64,000 nucleotides of DNA from an uncultured delta proteobacterium (GCA_963803435.1 CAWDML010000001.1:1184001-1248000), one strand, 5' to 3'. Shown: positions 19,819 to 30,141, counted from the first letter of the stretch. Notes: a model not told the origin generated them from the sequence alone. Made by a program: numbers and translations.

Positions 19819-19884
19819 ATCGGGACCCGGACCGGGACCGGGACCCGGACCGGGGTCGCGTGAGCGCTTACGCGCTACACGCTC
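19819..19884 (-). repeat. Terminal inverted repeat (transposase side)
   Basis: (GGGACC)-type repeats, then GCGTGAGCGCTTACGCGCTACACGCTC. Confidence 0.9.
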
Positions 19885-21405
19885 CTAGCGCGCGGCCACC
19901 GCGAGACGCTCGCGCTCGTCGACGAAGCGACGGACGCCGTGGGCGATGGCCCGGGCCACCTCGACCTGGTACGCGCCGTCCTCGAGCCGGCCGCTCTCGG
20001 TCGTGTTCGTGACGAAGCCGGTCTCGACCAGCACCGACGGCATGCGCACGCCGAGCAGCACCGCGAAGAGCGCGTGCTTCACGCCCAGATCCTTCACGTC
20101 GTACTTCTTGCGGAGCGCACCGATCATCCCAGCCTGCACATAGCCGGCGAGCCGCTTCGACTCCACGGTGGCCGAACGCATCGCCAGGTCTGCCAGGATC
20201 AAGCGGAGGTCGAGGCCCAACGCTCCATCGGGAAGCTCGCCGGTCTCCTCGCTCTCCTCGCTCGGATCGAGGTCGGGCGGGCCGCCCTGGCCGTTCTCAC
20301 GGCGAGCCAGCCGCGAGGCGTAGCGGTTGGACGACGTGTCCAGATAGTAGGTCTCCACGCCGTGGACGCTGCGAGATCGGTTGGCATTCGCATGAACGGA
20401 GATGAAAAGGTCTGCGCCCGCTCGATTGGCGAGGCGCGCCCGGCGATCGAGCGACACGAACCGATCCGCGGTTCGTGTGTACACGACCTTGACACCATGC
20501 TTCTCCAGCTCGGCGCCGAGCTTCATCGCGATCGCAAGGTTGACGTCCTTCTCCTTCACGTGGTCGCGCCCAAGCGCGCCCGTGTCCTTGCCGCCGTGCC
20601 CCGCGTCGATCACGACCTTTCGGATCGCGAGCAGGGAGCGCGCCCGGGGCTTGGCGGCCTCCCGGGTGGTGCGCACCAGCGGCGTCTCTTTCTGAGGCTC
20701 CACCGCCACGTCCGGATAGGCCTCCTTGAGCTCCGACACGATGTCGGAGAGGAGCGTCCGCGCGTCGATTCGTTTCAAACGAACACGGATCGCGGTGGGC
20801 TGCAGCTCGACCCGGTCCGTGTAGTCGGCGACGGCGCCCACGAAGTCGATCACCACCCGAACCGTGTCGCCGTCGAGCTGCACCACGCGCACCTGCTCCA
20901 CCTCCTCGGCGTCGATCTTCAGCTCGCCGAGCGCGCTCTTCACCGCGATCAGGGGCGAGAGGTCGAAGTACATGCGGTGCTGGCCGTACGTGCCAGTGTC
21001 GATCCGCACCGCGCGGACGGCGTCGATCCCGAGCTCGAGGACGCCCGTCTCCACCGACGGGACGATCGCGCGCAGGCGGTTTCGCGCGCACTGCTGCTCC
21101 GCCAGCTGCGCCTGTCGCTGGGCGCGCTCCGCGTCCTCCGCGGTCCCCGACCAGTGGGCGAGCAGCGCCCAGGCCTCGGCCTGCCCTTGCACCGCCTCCC
21201 GGCGCCCGGCTTCGTCCTTGGCGGCGTCCACCGCCGCACGCCAGCGATCGATCACGCGGAGGATGTTGTGACGGAGCCGGAGCTTGGCGTCGCTCTTGCG
21301 CAGCGCTGCGTCCTCGGCCTTCGCGGTCTCCAGCTCCGACGACGCGGAGGCCGCCGGGCCCGCCAACAGAGAGAGGACCAGGATGCGAGTGAGGAGTGCA
21401 CGCAC
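19885..21405 (-). CDS. N-acetylmuramoyl-L-alanine amidase (Amidase_3, AmiC-like)
   Basis: VVIDAGHGGKDTGA, EKDVNL, FISVHAN, GVETYY, PSVLVETGFVTN; signal peptide. Confidence 0.92.
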   Translation of the reverse strand: MRALLTRILVLSLLAGPAASASSELETAKAEDAALRKSDAKLRLRHNILRVIDRWRAAVDAAKDEAGRREAVQGQAEAWALLAHWSGTAEDAERAQRQAQLAEQQCARNRLRAIVPSVETGVLELGIDAVRAVRIDTGTYGQHRMYFDLSPLIAVKSALGELKIDAEEVEQVRVVQLDGDTVRVVIDFVGAVADYTDRVELQPTAIRVRLKRIDARTLLSDIVSELKEAYPDVAVEPQKETPLVRTTREAAKPRARSLLAIRKVVIDAGHGGKDTGALGRDHVKEKDVNLAIAMKLGAELEKHGVKVVYTRTADRFVSLDRRARLANRAGADLFISVHANANRSRSVHGVETYYLDTSSNRYASRLARRENGQGGPPDLDPSEESEETGELPDGALGLDLRLILADLAMRSATVESKRLAGYVQAGMIGALRKKYDVKDLGVKHALFAVLLGVRMPSVLVETGFVTNTTESGRLEDGAYQVEVARAIAHGVRRFVDERERLAVAAR

Positions 21406-21454
21406 CTCGCCCACTATTGGCGTACATGCGGGGCGCCGCAAATTTTTGGTTCGA

Positions 21455-22153
21455 TCAGTACTCGCCGGCCTCGATGAGCCCGATGACCTCGGTGACCGTC
21501 TGCTGGAGGGCATCGAGGCGGAACGGCTTGTCGAGGTACCGGTCCGCGCCGTAGAGCGGGCTGGTGGCGGCGTTGGTGTCCTTGCCGATGCCCGTGGCCA
21601 TGATGATGCGGACCGGATCGAGCTCCTGTCGCTCGCGGACGTAGCGGCTGATCTCCCAACCGGAGAGTCCCGGCATCATGACGTCGAGCACCACGATGTT
21701 GGGCCGCTCCGTGAGGATCTTCTCGAGCGCCTGGTCGCCGTCGGCGGCCTCGCTCACCGTGTAGCCCTGCTGCTTGAGGAACGGCACCAAGAGGTCGAGG
21801 ACCTCCGGCTCGTCGTCCACCACCAGGATCCGGACGTCCGACGGACCGGTGAAGATCTTCGTCTCCTCCCCGTTGTCGACCTTCGCGGCCGGAGGGGCGG
21901 CGCGCTTCGCGGCCTTCTTCTTCTTCTTCGCCGGGGCCTTCTTCTTCGCCGGGGCCTTCTTCTTCGCCGCGACCTTCTTCCGCGCAACCGGCTTCTTCTT
22001 CGCGGCCTTCTTCTTCGCGGCCTTCTTCTTCGCGGCCTTCTTCTTCGCGGCCTTCTTCTTCGCGGCCTTCTTCTTGGCGGCCTTCTGGGCCGGCGTCTTC
22101 TTCGCGGCCTTCTTGGCCGGCTTCTTTCCAGGCTTCGCCTTGCGGGGGGCCAT
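21455..22153 (-). CDS. Response regulator receiver fused to an N-terminal histone H1-like Lys/Ala/Pro tract
   Basis: (AAKKK)6 and KKAPAKK repeats, then ILVVDDE...VLDVMMPG...KPF. Confidence 0.85.
   Translation of the reverse strand: MAPRKAKPGKKPAKKAAKKTPAQKAAKKKAAKKKAAKKKAAKKKAAKKKAAKKKPVARKKVAAKKKAPAKKKAPAKKKKKAAKRAAPPAAKVDNGEETKIFTGPSDVRILVVDDEPEVLDLLVPFLKQQGYTVSEAADGDQALEKILTERPNIVVLDVMMPGLSGWEISRYVRERQELDPVRIIMATGIGKDTNAATSPLYGADRYLDKPFRLDALQQTVTEVIGLIEAGEY
21992..22081. repeat. 15 bp tandem repeat CTTCTTCTTCGCGGC x6 (encodes AAKKK)
   Basis: Five perfect units and one with a single mismatch. Confidence 0.9.
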
Positions 22154-22166
22154 CTGGGCGCCTTGA

Positions 22167-22883
22167 TTACCGTACCTCGACGAAATTTGAAAACCCTTGC
22201 GCGAGCGCGGCGCCGCGCGCCCCGGTCCGCTCGGCGGTCCGCGCGAGGGCGGCCGCCACCCGGGCGGTGGACAGGCTCGCCCCCCAGAAGTTGTTCCGGA
22301 AGCCCTCGGCACCCCGGGCGCGCCCTTCCGCGTACAGCCGGCCGGCAGCCTGCACCACGTCCACACCGTCCCGGTGATGCGCGGCGATCGCCCCCGGGCA
22401 CGCCGCCGGCAGCACCTCGTCGTCCGGAGCCGCCGCCACCACCAGCGATCCGGCCTGGAGCGCCGAGCCGACGGCGTCCGCCAGCGAGGCGCCGAGTCGG
22501 GTCCGCGTCCCCATCGCCACCGCGATCACGCCCGCGCCCTCCCGCACGGCGACGCCGATCCCGGCGGCGAGCCGGTCGGCGTCCGTGGTGGGGCGCGCGT
22601 CGGTCACCCGCACCGCGAACAGCTCCGCCGCCGGGGCGAGCAACCGCACCAGCGCTGCGCAGCAAGTCCCGTGGCCGTACGGATCTCCGAAGTCGCCGCG
22701 CTCCACGTCGATCTCACCGTCGAGCCATCGCACCGAGGCGCCCCGGGCCGGCAGCGCCACGTGGGGGTGACCGAAGTTGACGCCGGTATCGACGATCGCG
22801 ACCAGGACCCCGAGGCCCGTGGCGTCGGCAGCGACCGTGGGCTCGGCGAGCCCTTCCCGCAAGACGGCCTCCCAGAGGGTCAC
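22167..22883 (-). CDS. Minimal S8 (subtilase) serine peptidase
   Basis: VAIVDTGV, GHGTCCA, WGASLS triad motifs; no signal peptide. Confidence 0.75.
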   Translation of the reverse strand: MTLWEAVLREGLAEPTVAADATGLGVLVAIVDTGVNFGHPHVALPARGASVRWLDGEIDVERGDFGDPYGHGTCCAALVRLLAPAAELFAVRVTDARPTTDADRLAAGIGVAVREGAGVIAVAMGTRTRLGASLADAVGSALQAGSLVVAAAPDDEVLPAACPGAIAAHHRDGVDVVQAAGRLYAEGRARGAEGFRNNFWGASLSTARVAAALARTAERTGARGAALAQGFSNFVEVR

Positions 22884-23401
22884 GCGCCTCCGACGTTCAG
22901 GCCGCACTCGGGGCACTCTTCGACGTCGAGCGGAACATGCGCGCCGCAGGCCGGACACGTCTCGGCGTCTCCGCCGCTGATCGGGCCTTCGACACCCTCC
23001 GCCTCCACGTGCGCGGCGAACACCTTCCGGAGGAGATCCTCCGCGCGCAGCCGGTCGTCCGACTTCACCCGGACCTCGAATCGCTGCGGCGCCTCGTCGG
23101 AGAACGCGATGTCGACGGGCAGGATCGCCGCCGGGATCCGCGCCTCCATCAGCGTCTGCTCGATCTCGCTCGCCTGCGGGAGGAAGTACACGCGCAGCAG
23201 ATCGACCGCGCGGCCCTCGACCTCGACCTCGCGGCTCACGTCGCTGCTGGACGCGAAGCCCACCGGGCTGGTCTGGGACAGGTCCGCGACCTCGAGGGCC
23301 TCGACGGTGGGGATCTCATCCACCAGCGCGATGCCATCGCAGGGCGGGCAGGTGGTGAAGCCCGCGCGGTACTCCGAACGGCAGTTGGGACAAAATGGCA
23401 C
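22880..23401 (-). CDS. Zinc-ribbon domain protein
   Basis: N-terminal CPNC...CPPC and C-terminal CPAC...CPEC. Confidence 0.75.
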   Translation of the reverse strand: MPFCPNCRSEYRAGFTTCPPCDGIALVDEIPTVEALEVADLSQTSPVGFASSSDVSREVEVEGRAVDLLRVYFLPQASEIEQTLMEARIPAAILPVDIAFSDEAPQRFEVRVKSDDRLRAEDLLRKVFAAHVEAEGVEGPISGGDAETCPACGAHVPLDVEECPECGLNVGGA

Positions 23402-23402
23402 T

Positions 23403-26179
23403 TCAACTTCTCCTTCGCTTGGCTCGCAAGTCGGCCTGCAGCTTCGCCAGTAGCTCGAGCGCTTCCCGAGGGGTGAGGCCGTCGACGTCGAGCTCGGCGA
23501 TCCGATCGACGGTCTGCCGTTCGATCGAGTCTCCCTCTTCTTTCGGCGCGAAGAGAAAGAGCTGCTCCGAGGTCTTCGCCGCCCGCAGCCGGACCAGATG
23601 CGCGACCGCCGAGGTGTTTCCTGCCGAGAGCGCCTGCGCCTCCAGCGAGTCGAGCACGGCGCGCGCGCGATCGATCACGTCCTGCGGCAGACCCGCCAGC
23701 CTCGCCACCTGGACACCGTAGCTCTTGTTGGTCGGACCGGGGAGCAGCTTTCTCAGGAACACGATCTGCTCGTTCCACTCCCGAACCGCGACGTGCCGAT
23801 TCACCGCGCGCGGTTTGTCGCGACAGATCTCGGTCAGCTCGTGATAGTGCGTGGCGAACAGCGTCTTGGCGCCGATGGTGTCGTGCAGGTACTCGGCGAC
23901 CGCCCAGGCGATCGAGAGCCCGTCGAACGTGCTGGTATCCTCGACCCAATCTCGTCGAGGAGGATCAGCGAGCGCGAGGTGGCCGATCGCAGGATGCGGG
24001 CGGTCTCGTTCATCTCCACCATGAAGGTGGAGCGACCCTTCGAGAGGTCGTCGCTGGCGCCGACGCGCGTGAACACGCGATCGACGAGGCCGATCCGGGC
24101 CGCGCTCGCCGGCACGAACGATCCCATGTGCGCGAGGATCACGATCAGCGCGGTCTGCCGCATGATCGTGCTCTTCCCGGCCATGTTCGGGCCGGTGATG
24201 ATGACCAGCCGCTGCTCGTCCGAGATGGCGATGTCGTTGGGGACGAAGCGCTCGCCGAGCTCCTCCGAGAGCAGCTCGATCACCGGATGGCGGCCGTCGG
24301 AGATCTCGATCAGCGCGCGCTCGTCCACCAGCGGGCGCACCCAGCCGCGCTCCTGAGCGAGCTGCGCCAGCGAGGCCAAGACGTCGAGCTCTGCCAACGC
24401 CTCCGCCAGCCGGCGGAGCTCCGCGGCTCGGCCGCTGATCCGATCGATGAGGGCCACGAACAGCTCGGTGGTGCGCGCGAGCTGCTTCTCCTCGGCGCTG
24501 AGCACCTTGGTCTCGAGCTCCTTGAGCTCCTCGGTGAAGAAGCGCTCGGCGTTGACGATCGTCTGCTTGCGGATGAAGCGCTTGGGGACCAGCCTGAGGT
24601 TCGACTTGGTGACCTCGATGAAGTAGCCGAAGACCTTGTTGTAGCGGATCTTCAGCGAGGTGATGCCGGTGTCCTTCTTCTCCTTCGCCTCGAGCTCGGC
24701 GATCATCGTCTTTCCGTTCTTGGCGATGTCCGAGAGCTCGTCGAGCCTGGCGTCGTAGCCGGGCCGGAACACGTGGGCGCTCGTCAGATCGTTCGACGGC
24801 TCCTCGACCAAGGCCGCCTCGATCACCGCGCGCACGTCCTCACAAGCGTCGCGACGTCCGAGCTCGGCGAGCCGGGCGCTCGCGATCGGGCCCCCCGCGG
24901 ACAGGGTCTCGGCGAACGTTCCGCCTCCGGGACCCTCGGCGGCCCCCGCCGCCTGGACGATCACCTCGGGCGCCGAGGCCAGCGCACGCCCCAGCTGCGC
25001 CAGATCGCGGGGGAGCACGCGCCCCATCACCACGCGCGCCAGCAGGCGCTCCACATCGGCGACCTGCGCCAGCGCCTCCCGGATCCGATCGAGCGCCGAG
25101 GGCGCCGCGATGAACGCGCCCACCGCGTCCTGCCGGCTGCGGATCGCGCTCGCATCGCGGAGCGGGTAGGCGAGCCAGCGCGCCAGCAAGCGACCGCCCA
25201 TCGACGTCGACGCACGATCGACGGCACCGAGCAGCGAGCCACGCCGGGACCCATCCTGGGCGCGGAACAGCTCGAGGTGCTCACGCGCCTGCTGGTCGAG
25301 GATGAGCGCGTCCCCGGGGACGTACGGCTTGAGCGTCTCGACGTGCTTGAGCGAGGCGCGGCCGAGGACGTCCGGGGCCTCGGGCCTGAGCTGCGACGCC
25401 TCGACGTAGCCGATGGCCATCCCGGCGGCGATGACCGCCGGCTCGGTCACGGCGGTCAGGAGACCGACGACCTCCTCCTCGCCGAAGAGCGTCGTCACCG
25501 CCGCCAGGCCCGCCTCCCGGGTGGCACGGTCCGCTTGGATCTCGGTGATGGTCAGGCGAGGCACCTCGGCGCGGATCCGAGCGACCCGCGGATCGTCGAG
25601 GAACGGCGCCGGCACCAGGACCTCGCGCGCGCCCAGCCGGACCAGCTCCTCGATCAACGCCTCGTCGTCGTCGCCCGAGGTGGCCCGGAACTCGCCGGTC
25701 GAGAGATCGAGCACCGCCAGGCCCCAGAGCGGCGCCTTGCGCGCGCGGCGCGTTCGGCCCGCGAAGGCGACGCTGGCGAGGTAGCGCGCGTCGCGCGGCG
25801 GTGCGTTCGGATCGAGGAACGTCCCCGGGCTGAGGACGCGCGTGACCTCGCGCCGCACCAGGCCTTTGGCGAGCTTGGGATCCTCGACCTGATCGACCAT
25901 CACCACGGTCCGGCCGTGCTCGATCAGGCGCGCGAGGTAGCCGTCGATCGCGTGGTGCGGCACGCCCGCCATCGGGATGTCCTTCTCCTTCGAGCGGGCG
26001 GTCAGCGTGATGTCGAGGAGCCGCGCGCACTCCTCCGCGTCCTCGAAGAAGGTCTCGAAGAAGTCGCCCATCCGAAAGAGCACGATCGCGCCCGGGTGCG
26101 CCGCCTTGACCGTCAGGTACTGACGCATCATCGGCGTCAGATTGTCCTGCTCCAGACGTTCGCGGGCGGCGGAGCTCAT
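23403..26179 (-). CDS. mutS: DNA mismatch repair protein MutS (apparent frameshift near 23935-23950)
   Basis: TPMMRQY, FRMGDFFE, ITGPNMAGKST, STFMVEM, LDEIG; ATHYHEL and SYGVQVARLAG follow in the shifted frame. Confidence 0.95.
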
Positions 26180-26181
26180 CC

Positions 26182-27031
26182 TCAGGCAGCCTTGGCTTCG
26201 GCCCGCGAGAGGAGCCAGTCCCCCATCCTGGAGATCACCTTCTCACGCGCGGGTGGGCCCTCGTTGACCAGCTCGTGGGCGTGATGGGCGAGCCGCTCGG
26301 ACATGAGCTGATCGCCGCGGAGGTTCCTCGCGAAGCGATCGGTGTCGTCGGCGCTCGCGAGCCGATCGTCGCCGGCGTAGAGGAGCAGCATCGGAATCTT
26401 CAGCTCGCCGGCACGTCCCTGAACGAGATCGATGGCGCTCATCGCCTCCGCGAACCAGCGCGCGTTGGCGCTCTTGAAGATCAGCGGGTCGGCGTCGTAC
26501 TGGCGCTGGAAGGTCTCGTCGGTGCAGACGTCCTTCCCGCTGAGACCCGAGGGGAGCCCGGCCTTCGGCAGGACCTTCGCCATGAGACGGCCGGCCGCCA
26601 GCTTGATCGGGCTGGCCTTGAGCGCCAGGCCGAGGAACGGCGAGGTGAAGACGACGCCGGCGAGAATCGTTTCCGTTGCCGGCGAGCAGCCAGTGCAGGG
26701 CGATCAGCGCGCCGTTGCTGTGCCCGAACACGGCCAGCGGGCCTCCCTTGGCCTTGGACTTGGCCGCGTCCATCAGCGCATCGACGTCGCGGTGGAAGTC
26801 CTCGAACCGCTCGACGAAGCCGCGCACGCCCTCGGAGCGGCCGTGACCTCGGAGATCGCAACCGAGGATCTGGATCCCGCGGGCGTTCCAGGCCTTGGCG
26901 ACGTGATCGTAGCGCCCGCAGTGCTCGGCGTAGCCATGGAGGAGGACGACCGTGATGCGGGGATCGTCGACGAGCCACTCGTAGAGCTCGAGCGCGACGC
27001 CGTCTCGTGCCGTGATCTTTTGACCTCCCAT
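26182..27031 (-). CDS. Alpha/beta hydrolase, lysophospholipase/monoglyceride lipase-like (apparent frameshift near 26665)
   Basis: HGYAEHCGRY, DLRGHGRS, GHSNGA, HELVNE. Confidence 0.85.
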
Positions 27032-27056
27032 GTCTTCGGGAGGATCGGTACACGCG

Positions 27057-27650
27057 TCAGTAGCCCTTGTCACCCGTCTCCTGGCGATTCAGGCGACCGC
27101 CTTTGAACGTGAGGATGCGGAGGAAGCGGTGAGGGCCGAAGTTGTAGATCCACCGCTCGTACGGCACGAGGACGAAGCGTTCCTGGCCCTCGTCGCCGAT
27201 CGCCACCTCCTCGTACCAGCGGGTGACGTCCGCAGGAGGACCGCAGCGCAGGAGGACCTCGCCGGTGGTATCGCCCTTCGAATGGACGCTCTTCTCGCAG
27301 TTGAGGAGGCTCGGCTCGCCCTCGGGCGCCAGGCCCTCGGTCTTGATCTCCACCAGGTTGCCGTTCTCGAAGATCAGCGAACGCACCAGGCTGTTGGGTC
27401 CGCGCGAGTAGGTCCAACGCTCGATGGGGACGGTGATGCTGCGCTCGACCACCTTGTCGTCCGGGAGGCGCCGGCGCACCACGCGCGTCTCGGTGGTGGC
27501 CTCGACGTGGATCGGCTCGCCGCAGAGCGAGCGCACCTGGAAGGTGCTCTGCCCCAGGGAGATCACGCGATCCTCGCAGCGCAGGCTGCTCGCGGCGAGC
27601 GCGGTGGACTCGGCGGCGAAGAGGAGGAGCGCGGCGAACGCGAGCTTCAT
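27057..27650 (-). CDS. Secreted protein with two DUF2845-like domains
   Basis: Signal peptide; SLRC...CGEP...ERWTY.RGP and C...CGPP...ERWIYNFGP. Confidence 0.75.
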   Translation of the reverse strand: MKLAFAALLLFAAESTALAASSLRCEDRVISLGQSTFQVRSLCGEPIHVEATTETRVVRRRLPDDKVVERSITVPIERWTYSRGPNSLVRSLIFENGNLVEIKTEGLAPEGEPSLLNCEKSVHSKGDTTGEVLLRCGPPADVTRWYEEVAIGDEGQERFVLVPYERWIYNFGPHRFLRILTFKGGRLNRQETGDKGY

Positions 27651-27697
27651 GCGCAGAGTCTGGAACACACGAGCGAGAAGAGTCCAGGCGCGACGGG

Positions 27698-29311
27698 TCA
27701 GTCCCCGTCGTCGTCCTCGTCGTCCTCGTCCCCGGTGACGCCGGTCGCCTTCATCAGGTCCTCGATCGACTGGACCTTGGTGGAGGTATCGACGGGGCCT
27801 CCGGGGATCGGGCTGGCGAGGACCACGGGCTCGGCGCCCAGGAACGAGCCGCCGGCCACCAGCCGGGGGAGACCGCCGGCGATGGGCTCGATCCACGTGA
27901 TCAGCGTCAGGCCGATCAGCATGAGGCCGGTGAACACGGCGACGGAGCGGATCACGAAGCCGATCGGTCGCTTGAAGAGCGAGGCCGAGACAAAGAGGTT
28001 GAGGCCGATCGGAGGGGTCAGATAACCGATCTCCAGGTTCACCACGAAGATGATGCCGAGGTGGATGGGATCGATGTGGAAGCTGTGGGCGAGCGGCGCC
28101 ACCAGCGGTGCCACGATCAGGATGGCGCTGATGATGTCCATGAAGCAGCCGATCATCAGGAGGAAGAGATTGACCGCCACCAGGAAGCGGGTGCGATCGA
28201 GGTCGAGCCCGGTCATCCAGGCGACCGCCGCGTCCGGGATCTGCTGATCGACCAGGAAGTGGTTGAGCGCGAAGCTCATGATCAGGATGCCGAGCAGCGA
28301 CCCGAGCAGGACGGCGGACTCCCACAGGAGGGGCGGAATCTTCGCGAAGGTCAGCTCGCGGTGGACGAACAGCTCGATCACGAGCGCATAGACGACCGCC
28401 ACCGCGGCCGCCTCGGTGGGCGTGAAGAAGCCGCTGGGACCGAACAGCGGATAGATACCGCCCAGCACGATCACAGGGAGGAGCAGCGCCCAGAAGCCCT
28501 GGGCGAAGCTTTTGGCGATGCGCCGGAGCGACGGCGGCCGCAGCGCACGCCAGGAGAAGTCAGGTCGGGTGGCGCCGTGCTGGACCGCGTACAGGATCAG
28601 CAGGCCGCCGATCAGGAGGCCGGGGAGCAGGCCGGCGATGAACAGGTCGGCCACGTTCACACTCATCACGCCGCCCACTACGATCGCGTAGATGATCATC
28701 GGGATGCTGGGCGGAATGAGGATGCCGAGCGAGCCGGAGGTCGTGACCAGACCGCAGGAGAATTGCTCGGAGTAGCCGTGCTTCACCAGCGCGGGGAACA
28801 TGATGCTGCCGATGGCGATCACGGTGACCGGCGAGCTGCCGGAGATCGCCGCGAAGAACATGCACGAGAGCACGGCGGCCGCGCCCAGACCGCCGGGCAG
28901 CCAGCCGATCAGGGCGTCCGCGAAGTCGACGATGCGGCGCGCGATGCCACCGTTGGTCATCACCGAGCCGGCCACCACAAAGAAGGGGATGGCGAGGAGG
29001 ACGTTCTTGTCGGTGAGGCCGAAGATCTTCTCGATGATCAGCTGATAGCTGCCGAAGTCCCGGTACTCGGTGGCGATGAAGTAGAAGCAGACCAGCGTGA
29101 CCAGCCCGATCGTGACGAACAGCGGCGTCCCCAGGACCAGGAGGAGCAGGATGGTCCCGAGGACCAGGAACGCGCTCGGCGAGACCGTGAGGTACAGCGC
29201 GAGCGCCAGCACCGCGAAGGTCGCGGAGGCGATCCGGCGCCGCGAGAACGCCAGCGTCCCTGCGGCGATCAGCGCGATCAGGAGCAGCGGATCGAAGACG
29301 GCGAGCGTCAC
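27698..29311 (-). CDS. TRAP transporter large permease (DctM)
   Basis: LLAIPFF, FAAISGSS, GILIPPSIPMI, FTPTEAA, GYLTPPIGLNLF. Confidence 0.95.
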   Translation of the reverse strand: MTLAVFDPLLLIALIAAGTLAFSRRRIASATFAVLALALYLTVSPSAFLVLGTILLLLVLGTPLFVTIGLVTLVCFYFIATEYRDFGSYQLIIEKIFGLTDKNVLLAIPFFVVAGSVMTNGGIARRIVDFADALIGWLPGGLGAAAVLSCMFFAAISGSSPVTVIAIGSIMFPALVKHGYSEQFSCGLVTTSGSLGILIPPSIPMIIYAIVVGGVMSVNVADLFIAGLLPGLLIGGLLILYAVQHGATRPDFSWRALRPPSLRRIAKSFAQGFWALLLPVIVLGGIYPLFGPSGFFTPTEAAAVAVVYALVIELFVHRELTFAKIPPLLWESAVLLGSLLGILIMSFALNHFLVDQQIPDAAVAWMTGLDLDRTRFLVAVNLFLLMIGCFMDIISAILIVAPLVAPLAHSFHIDPIHLGIIFVVNLEIGYLTPPIGLNLFVSASLFKRPIGFVIRSVAVFTGLMLIGLTLITWIEPIAGGLPRLVAGGSFLGAEPVVLASPIPGGPVDTSTKVQSIEDLMKATGVTGDEDDEDDDGD

Positions 29312-30141
29312 GGCTTCGCCTCCAGCTCACCGCCTCCGACCGAGGTCAGCAGATCGACCGGCTTGCTCCCGTAGATCGTCACTGCCAGAAACCGGGCCGA
29401 GGTGAGGCCGAAGCCGATCGGGATGGGCAGCGTCGCCACCCAGTATGGGATCGGGATCGACTCGAACAGGAACGAGCGGCCGCCCGATCCGCTCCAGTCG
29501 ATCCAGTTCTTGCGGCAGTAGAGAACCGCGAGCGTGGTCAGGAACGCGGAGAGCACCACGGTGATCACGCCGGCGGTGATCTCGAAGAGGCGCTGGAGGC
29601 GGTCGGGGACGATCCGCTTCACCGCGTCGACCGCGATGTGCCGGCCCTCGCGGGTGGCCATCGACGATCCGATCATCCCCACCCAGAGGAGCAGGACCAT
29701 CGCCAGCGTCTGCGACCAACCGAAGCCATTGGGCGCCGAATAGACGGCGAAGCACGCCAGCGCCATCAGAGCGTAGACGGCGAGCCCGCCGGCGGCGCGG
29801 CGGAGCACTCCACCCGGGCGCTGGGCGGTGAACGCGCCGATCATCGTGAGGACGAAGATCGCGAGCGGAAGCGTCCAAACCGAACGGCCCTCCAGCGAGT
29901 GGCCGGTCCGCCAGACCACGTCGACGAAGACCGCCAGCGACATGACCAGGAGCGACACCGCCACCACCGCGCGCTCGCCGGACGAGATCAAGTCGTCGAG
30001 GTCGGAGAGACCTCGCCGGACCCCGCGGGCGCGCGCGATCGAGGCGCCGCAGACGACCGCGATCCAGGCGGCGCCGTACGCGCCCGAGATGATCGATCCG
30101 AACGAGAGGAGAAGCAGCGCGCCGGCGAGGGACCGCAGCAC
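29308..30141 (-). CDS. TRAP transporter small permease (DctQ-like, with extra TM segments)
   Basis: LWVGMIGSSMATREGRHIAVD; position in the TRAP operon. Confidence 0.85.
   Translation of the reverse strand: MLRSLAGALLLLSFGSIISGAYGAAWIAVVCGASIARARGVRRGLSDLDDLISSGERAVVAVSLLVMSLAVFVDVVWRTGHSLEGRSVWTLPLAIFVLTMIGAFTAQRPGGVLRRAAGGLAVYALMALACFAVYSAPNGFGWSQTLAMVLLLWVGMIGSSMATREGRHIAVDAVKRIVPDRLQRLFEITAGVITVVLSAFLTTLAVLYCRKNWIDWSGSGGRSFLFESIPIPYWVATLPIPIGFGLTSARFLAVTIYGSKPVDLLTSVGGGELEAKP

Larger units (their letters stand above)
17914..19884. mobile_element. IS1182-family element carrying a four-helix-bundle passenger gene, copy 1
   Basis: CTAG at 17910-17913 and 19885-19888; inverted ends; near-identical inverted copy at 57279-59290. 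Confidence 0.92.
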
